In this document: piece after piece, positions 47,707-54,969 of the stretch
Layout: each line of letters starts with the position of its first letter
Position numbering within the stretch: position 1 is the first letter of the stretch
Source: Octopus bimaculoides
Lineage: Eukaryota
Direction: 5' to 3'
Length of the DNA stretch: 54,969 nucleotides
NCBI RefSeq assembly: GCF_001194135.2
Contig: NC_068981.1
Span: forward strand, 79,593,520 to 79,648,488
Position numbers and translations under genes: made by a program
The notes under the pieces: generated by a model
Told to the model about the DNA's origin: nothing
Database searches by the model: none
Seen by the model: only the letters and a program-made list of their open reading frames with translations

Positions 47707-48031
47707 CTTTCTTTTGAAAGGTGAAAATTGAAGATCATCAAATTAGACATTAGTGCGGGGCAAAAATTGACTTGGAGAAATGAATATTGATTTTTTAAAC
47801 ACGAAAAATTATCCAGATGTTTTATTAGCAACCTCAATTACGATCGGGTCAAAGTTAAAATTTTCTTGAAAAACAGTATGTCACTTGATTGTTTCAAACT
47901 ATCTCAACTTCAACAACAACGACAATGCTGACCATTTCTTATTCCCATAGATAACGCAATAGTACAAAATGATGGTACAATACTTCTAATGCAATGATAA
48001 GGAAAACCAGAAATTACTCATTTTGCCCCAC
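47459..48031. mobile_element. MITE with 18-bp TIR and an internal third TIR copy
   Basis: gtggggcaaaatgagtaa (47459-47476), ttactcattttgccccac (48014-48031) and ttactcactttgccccac (47650-47667). Confidence 0.75.
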
Positions 48032-49409
48032 TTACCCATTCCTTCTCTTTTAATATTATAATATATATTGATGTCTAACATGGACGCGGCGTCTAATATT
48101 TTGGAACGAGTTGATTATATCTACCGCAATACTTGACCGATACTTTATTTTTATCAATCCTAGAAAGATGAAAGACAAAGTTGACCTCGGGTGAACTATA
48201 ATTTAAACGCAGAATGTAAAGGACCATCACAAAATAGTGTAAATAATTTTATACGATACTCTACTAGAATTGCAATCCACCACCTTATAAGTCTACAAAT
48301 ATTGACATACATTTCTGATTTAGTAAATATAGTTACATATATCGAATGTAATAAGTCATGAGTGCCTGATGTTCTTAAACAAGACACAAGTGTCACAATT
48401 TCTCATTTTTATTCTCCGATAAAAATTTCCTGATTCATATATCTGTGTAAGATAATTATTTATATTGTGGAGTGTGTCGCAGAACAAGTTGATTATTTCA
48501 TCAACGAAAACTATGGAAATTATACAATGCCAGCGTTTTAATTTACGTACATCATTATTGCTTATAGAAAAATGACAATACGCACGACAAGATTAGAGCT
48601 GCGATCAAACAACAGCATAAACATAATTCCCGTTCTACTCTCCCAAAATAATGAGTCTTTCGATCAAACAAAGACGTTTTTACGTGGTAGTTCAACCTTG
48701 CCAAAAATAACAACAAAATCTCCTTCAATTCACTGACTAATTGTTTTATAAAACAAAGAACATATTGAAACTGTAGTCTTAGATACACTATCTAAATAAA
48801 AAAGACAGATCACGACCCAATAATCAATCAGTTTATTCTTTATTTTGCATTGGCTCAATTCTTCCAGCGATCAGGAATAGGTATCAGATCATCTACTAAT
48901 CTTACTAACAATAGTTTGCAATACTTTCAAATGTCTTGTGCCATAAAACTAGTGCTAAATTCTGGCCCATAAGAATCCTCCATAGCAAAGGTGACATATT
49001 TTACATTCACTAATACCCGTCGTTTCTCTTCTTGTCACTTCTGAGGTATGCACCACACTGTAACTCGCCTAACTTTCCTCGCTATAATGCTATCCTTATG
49101 GAATTCTCTTTCCCGGCACACTGTTTATACAGTGCTCGATTTAAAACAGCTCAAATTCACTAGCTTTAGAGAGCTTGCGGACGTCATTGGGACCGATTCT
49201 TCCTCTTAAATAAACCATACGAAAAAAATAACTTACACCGAAACAAGGGAGACCACTAAAAGTTTGTTAATTCTTACAAACATCAGTTATTAAGAATCTT
49301 ACAAACATCAGTTATTAAGAATATTCGTATTTCATGGCCTTTAAATATCATGATTGTTAGTTTATGTAAGAATACTAAACTATCATGTAAAATGGATCAC
49401 CGTTGTTTT

Positions 49410-49720
49410 CAACGATGAGTATTCAGTTGTTCGATCAACTGCAGTACCTACTCAATGATTTGACGTACAAGTGGTTGAGTATTCCCTCGATACATGTGTC
49501 CTTAATGTAATCGTTACATAGAATCAACATGACACAGTGTAAGAAGGCTGGCCCACTGAATTACAGTACATCACTTGGGCTTCCACGCAGTTTCCGCCAA
49601 CTCAATTTCAGTCACAATGGTCTGCTCAAGCTAAGGCTGCTATAGGAAACAACACCTGTCGATACGTAGTGGGATCGAACCCAGACTTCCATGATTGCAA
49701 AGCGAACTTCTGAACTATCC
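49410..49720 (-). mobile_element. Degenerate SINE (C-type head, B-type tail)
   Basis: Reverse complement: gggttcgatcccact..ggaaactgcgtggaagccc, then tgtaattca..ccacttgtacgt..gttgatcgaacaactg. Confidence 0.65.
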
Positions 49721-50744
49721 GACCTAGATGCATCCACGTTGTATACAAGTAATTACACGAGGTGACAACAAGGAATCGTGGGTCGTAGTTCTGGTGTGTG
49801 CTCATATTATATTCTGTCCTTTATATCGACACGAATGTTTTCATTGTAATCTAGACATTTATTCTTCAGTTTGTAGTGTAGTCAGGAAGAAGGCTTGTTT
49901 CATGTGTGCGAACATATTCATTGCTACATTAATACAGAGTGTTCATTCAAAACACGAAGAGGGATATTTAGATGAAATGACGTACATTTCAAGTTCAGGA
50001 AATCTTCGTTAGAAATTCAACGTTCGGGTTAATTTTTCACAGATCAATATATATTATTGTTGTCATGTTACCGTGACCGTGGCTTGTTTCTTCATCTATC
50101 GCTCCAGGTTGAATATGTAGCCGTAAAAACAGCTATATGGCGAGAGTGACATCTGCCGAAGAATGAATTACTTTGAAATGTTTGCGCTCAAATGAGCTGT
50201 ATTTGAACAAAAGCTGTTCATTGGACTGAAATGGGATTTGCGTACTTGATCAATTTGTGAATACTACGTGTCAAAACGTGAGATCGAAACCAATTGTTAT
50301 AAGCTATTTTGCATTAGTACATAGCTGACAAGTTGTACTTGCAAATTTCTTCCATACTGCAATTTATTTCCTAACAAATTTATTTAAATTATTGATCTTC
50401 AGATCGTAATTAAATTGCAAATATGTTCTTTTAAAACAATGGTCTTCAAACTTTTGTATCACAATACTTTTGTATCGTAAACACAAAACTCATTTATGTC
50501 TTGAAAAATATAAAACAGAGTAGATTATTTTGAACCAACAGAAGCGCAGTAGTTTATTAGTAGTGGCTCCTTTTAGATAGCCTTCCGTGTTCATTTTTGT
50601 AATGGAAATTATTAAAGAAATTATACTGAATCTTAGTACATCATTAGTTATGTCTGTTCATTGATAAAGCAATGTACGTCCTATTCATATTGTAATCCTA
50701 TTCATATTTTAATCTATTCATATTGGAAATGTGTTAAACTATTT

Positions 50745-50960
50745 GCTTGTCCAAAGAATTTTCATGATTTTGTCCTAAACGTTCATACTTGTTTTCAGAC
50801 TTTTAGTTAGCCCTTGTTTCACACGCTCTAAGTACTATTAAGCCTTCCTTTCATAAGATTCAAGTTACTCTTTTGGTGAAAAAAATTGTTACGCATAAGA
50901 TGCATGGACGCCAGGTGTCCTGTGCATCACATGTGATACATAGAACAGATAAAGGCTTAA
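50745..50960. repeat. Paralog of 44775-44990
   Basis: Ungapped over about 150 bp; anchors tgtccaaag, tttagttagccctt, ctttcataag, gatgcatggacgcc. Confidence 0.85.
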
Positions 50961-52854
50961 AATATAAGCATTGAGCCTGACTTAAATATTTCTTTGCAAG
51001 AAGAACCACAACCACTCTAAACATTCAGTATCTCCTACTGCATCGTTTCACATTTGCCTACTTTTTTGTTAACCTCAACATCCCAAGAGGGTGCTGCTAT
51101 CCAGATTAAGAACCACTGCTTTACAATCATTGGAGCGGATGAGTTGATGTGTTGTTAGTCTCAGAAACATTCAACAAAAATGCAAATCTAGACGGATTCA
51201 CAAACTGTTCATTTTCTAGGATTAATAACAATAAGAAATATCGAAATGTTCTGGTTAATAACGTTAATATGAGAAATGAATTATGTTAAGGGTTTGCAAT
51301 GTAGATGAAGTAAGACACAAGTGTCAAAATGGAGGCATGTAGTCTTAATTAACTGGAATTTCTCGGTTTACTGCAGCAAGCAGGAGGTGGAGGTTCACTT
51401 TACTACTAAGTTTTCATGCAACTGGGTAATTTTTCTCAAGCCGTTCATTTAAGTTGTAATGCCAATCAGCGTTCATTCAACGGGAAACTCTAGCTATCTC
51501 AAGATCTAGAAGTCACTGTTAAATTGTTTCGCTGATGCGCTCTAGAATTGTCATCGTGTCGTTAAAGATCAAATTCACTCCTCACAGCATTACTTATTTA
51601 ATTTAAATGATTTTAATTGATTAAAATTTCGGAATCCGCTTTTTTTTTTTTTTTTTTTCCTTACCGTTATTAGTCATTTAGATAATGATTGTTTTCGCAG
51701 TGGACAGTTCACCACAACTGTGTGATTGTTTTCGCAGTCACGTACACAATTTGACTTCGCGATACTGTTTCATTGCGTAACTATTTTCCCATCATTTAAA
51801 CAATTATATTCGTTCCATCAACGCATCATTTAGAGTTTTTCTCCCTACCTACCCATTAATCACACAAGTTAAAAACCGGCCTTGATTCTGATTTCCAACA
51901 ATTGATGATTGTCATACATGCACGCCCGTGCGTTTTGTTAGTATTTTAGCTAATAAAACAAACGTAGTCACTTTCAAGTTCTTTGAGACATTTATTTCAT
52001 TTTGCATAATTAATCTACGTGACTTGACATCTTGATTCTCTCCTTGTATTTTGACGCACACACATTATGATATAAACATGTTTTAACGCATACGTTTTCA
52101 TAATGTTATATATGCACTTTATTAGAATAATATTCTCTCTCCACATTCATAGATGGAAAACCGCTTTCTCACGCATACGTATCTGTTGACATGAACGCTT
52201 ACACCTTGTCTCTCTTTTCTTGAAAACACTGCTTCGTGTCAAACTGTTGCTTAAAGCATTTCTTCCTATAGAATTTTTGTGAACACTTGAACTCTGGCAA
52301 TATTTGAACAATCACATTCATATTAACTTTTCCATATTCTGAAGATGAATTCTATTTGATTTCGCAATTTTCTCATTTCGTTCTTATTGCTGACTTTTTT
52401 TTTTCTGTCATGTAAAGAACTGTGTTTTAAGTGAACATTTTAACTACAGGCAATTTGTTGCACAATGTATTTTTTCAGATTCTGTTTTCGCTGTCATTCG
52501 GCGTGATCGACTTATTTTTATTTGAAAGTATAAATTGACCGTCTTGATCTGCATCAAAATCTTCATGTCTCTATCCTTCTTGTTCCTAATAACCAGTTAT
52601 ATCTCTTTACTGGTTCTTTCTGTGAAACGGTCAATTCTCCTTATTCTACATTCTCGTTGCCATTACTTCTTTAGTTTCTTTTAGCCATTATAGTTAAGAC
52701 CGTGGTAGAGTATTTGTTGTGGATTCATATCTGAGCAGATGATCAGTTTTATTCCCTTCCACGTTCTCTGTACAATTCCACCAACGCTTTGATTAAAAGC
52801 AAATAAATTATCCTTTGAGCATTTATATGTGTTCAAATATTATTTTCACTTTAA

Positions 52855-53270
52855 GCGCAGACGAGGGTGTGTGATTAATAAGCTTGCTTTGCAACTATAT
52901 GGTCTCGGGTTCAGTCCTACTTTGCGGCACCTTCTACAATAATCCAAGCCGGTCAATGCCTTGTGAGTGGACTTGGTAGACAGAAACTGAAAGAAGCCCA
53001 TCGCGCGCGCATGTGTGTGTGCATGATTATGTGTATCCTTATCTTGATATCATGGTTGTAAACGAGTATCATTGTCACACAAGTGATGTTGTTTGTCTCC
53101 AGCCTTCCTCGAAAAACATATGTAACCATGGAGAAGTATTTACTTTGCTCAGAAACAAGTGAGGTTTGACAGAAAGGGTACCCGGCTGAAGAAAATCTAC
53201 TTCAACAAATTCCGTCTGACTCATACAAGCGTGGAAAGTAGATGTTAAATGATGTTAATGGTGGTGGTGG
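52855..53270 (+). mobile_element. SINE-C with an internal microsatellite
   Basis: B-box-like gggttcagtcc, gccttgtgagtgg..ggaaactgaaagaagccc, tail shared with 15690-16050. Confidence 0.7.
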
Positions 53271-53398
53271 TGATATGTCACCATTGTTTTATTTAAGGTA
53301 ACTTTACAAAGAGGGAGTCCAAACCATACTTTAAATTAATATGGGTCAGAATTCTGAGAAAAAAATAATGTATTTTTGACTTAAAATAGTTGGTAGAT

Positions 53399-53783
53399 GT
53401 GGAGGCGCAATGGCCCAGTGGTTAGGGCAACGGACTCGCGGTCATAGGATCGCGGTTTCGATTCCTAGACCGGGCGTTGTGAGTGTTTATTGAGTGAAAA
53501 CACCTAAAGCTCCACGAGGCTCCGGCAGGGGATGGTGGCGAACCCTGCTGTACTCTTCCACCACAACTTTCTCTCACTCTTTCTTCCTGTTTCTGTTGTG
53601 CCTGTAATTCAAAGGGTCAGCCTTGTCACACTATGTCACGCTGAATATCCCCGAGAACTACGTTAAGGGTACTCGTGTCTGTGGAGTGCTCAGCCACTTG
53701 CACGTTAATTTCACGAGCAGGCTGTTCCGTTGATCGGATCAACTGGAACGCTCGACGTCGTAAGCGACGGAGTGCCAACAACA
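53399..53783 (+). mobile_element. SINE-B, tRNA-derived, full length
   Basis: A-box tggcccagtgg, B-box ggtttcgattcc, (CAA) end; 11-bp TSD agttggtagat at 53388-53398 and 53784-53794. Confidence 0.9.
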
Positions 53784-53849
53784 AGTTGGTAGATACATGG
53801 AAAACTAGATGAGGGAAATGAATTTCTCTACGCAATAACGCAAGCGGTC

Positions 53850-54220
53850 ATTTTCTGAACTATCTTTGTTCTTGTTCGAGGAAACGAAAACGCCAATAAG
53901 CACTTTCTTTGAAATCACCCACTCCAGTTTTTGGTGCCAACCTCCCTGCTTCCAAAATAACTATCATCATAGTTAATACATACCCTCGGTCTCTTTGGTC
54001 TAATATCCATGCATTTAAGTTTTCTTCTAAGTGTGGCTATTTTGCTGGCTCTGTGTGAAGATTATGTTTCTGTTCATTCGTTTTTTATTTAATTCTTTCT
54101 CTGGTTTCCTCCACGGGCGAATCATCTTCTCTATTGACAGTGGTCATTTTCTTTCTGCTGCTCAGTTTCCATGTTCTTCAGCTTCAAGTTCCAATGCAAT
54201 ATTATATTTATGTCTCCTTA
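53850..54220 (-). mobile_element. pogo/Tigger (POGK-like) transposase N-terminal remnant
   Basis: KYNIALEL..EEHGN*AAERK..EKMIRPWRK..LEENLNAWILDQRDRGY..ILEA; helix-turn-helix plus CENP-B-like HTH pattern, frameshifted. Confidence 0.75.
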
Positions 54221-54909
54221 CTACACCTACCATTGATGAGGGATATAATTTCCAGGACTGAAAATGGTTAGTGATACCAGTAAAAGCCTGGCAGCGAGAG
54301 AAAAAAATTCTAGACTCTTACGTGGAAATAACAAAAAAATTCCAGGTTCATTGTGACGAGAAACCAATTTGCAATGTCCAAATACAAGGTGCTGCTACAC
54401 TGCTGTCATTAGTAAATAAACCACACAGTAGTAAGGACTGTGCAGTTGCATCAGTTTAAATAACAATCTTTTTTTTTATTCACTGAGTAATTGTAACTGT
54501 ATTTATATCACTAATATTAGTTAAATCAAATGTTTTGTTGTATAGAAAATACTTGCAATTGCTCAGGAATGAAATAACAGTGTTTGTAAAAAATTGATTT
54601 CAGTAAACTCTAAGAAAACCACACGAACAACTTATTAACTCGCATCATGGAAAATGCAGGATAATTTTCAAGTTTTGAGGGATTTATTTATTTTTTTAAA
54701 TGCGTCTTCCTTGCCGCAAAATACAGTAATTATCCAACTATCGGTTTCATAAGAGACGAAAGTAAATCGATTCAAGCGTAACATGGAGACACTTCTTACT
54801 GAAATCTCTCTCTGCCTCACTCTCTTTCTAGCTATTCATGGACACAGTGAATCAATCATTTCGGCTTCCAATTATCCCAGAAATACATCCATCGTTATTA
54901 AATGTTTAT

Positions 54910-54918
54910 AATACATAT

Positions 54919-54969
<51 letters not shown>
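54910..54969. repeat. (CA)n microsatellite
   Basis: Seen directly. Confidence 0.95.

Noticed and set aside
49272-49321. Perfect 25-bp tandem duplication (similar short ones near 21398 and 50687)
   Set aside because: Ordinary slippage or repair duplications with no further structure
52060-52350. Possible decayed C2H2 zinc-finger array on the minus strand (MREKAVFH..ECGE)
   Set aside because: Only a vague likeness to TGEKPYHC; Cys/His spacing cannot be recovered
1-54969. Conserved bilaterian microRNAs
   Set aside because: A visual scan for the mature sequences I remember gave only seed-length matches; a miRBase/Rfam search is needed to exclude them properly

Overview
This is AT-rich, repeat-saturated eukaryotic DNA from a draft assembly with about ten N-gaps, most of them bordered by microsatellites. 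The SINE families and the density of (CA)n, (GA)n and (TATG)n point to a coleoid cephalopod, probably Octopus; this is pattern recognition, not a database result. I found no intact, identifiable host gene, no rRNA, no functional tRNA and no CRISPR array. Most entries in the ORF track are microsatellite or N-gap artefacts. What the sequence supports is a set of decayed or non-autonomous mobile elements. These are more than 20 copies of one tRNA-type SINE (SINE-A) plus other SINE modules, four RTE LINE fragments, a stack of three R4/Dong-like elements in (TAA)n, a HERO-like and a CRE-like 3' fragment, and a Penelope GIY-YIG remnant. DNA-type elements include a hAT (SPIN/Buster-type) element with perfect TIRs and TSD, a pogo remnant, two Helentron-type HINEs and several MITEs. 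The observations most worth following up are: a locally repeated ~0.6-0.7 kb unit that shares its end with the HERO element, a template-switch SINE dimer inside a single 17-bp TSD, a duplicated decayed coding segment of unknown origin, and a speculative chain of small minus-strand exons. All exon calls rest on splice signals only and are low confidence.
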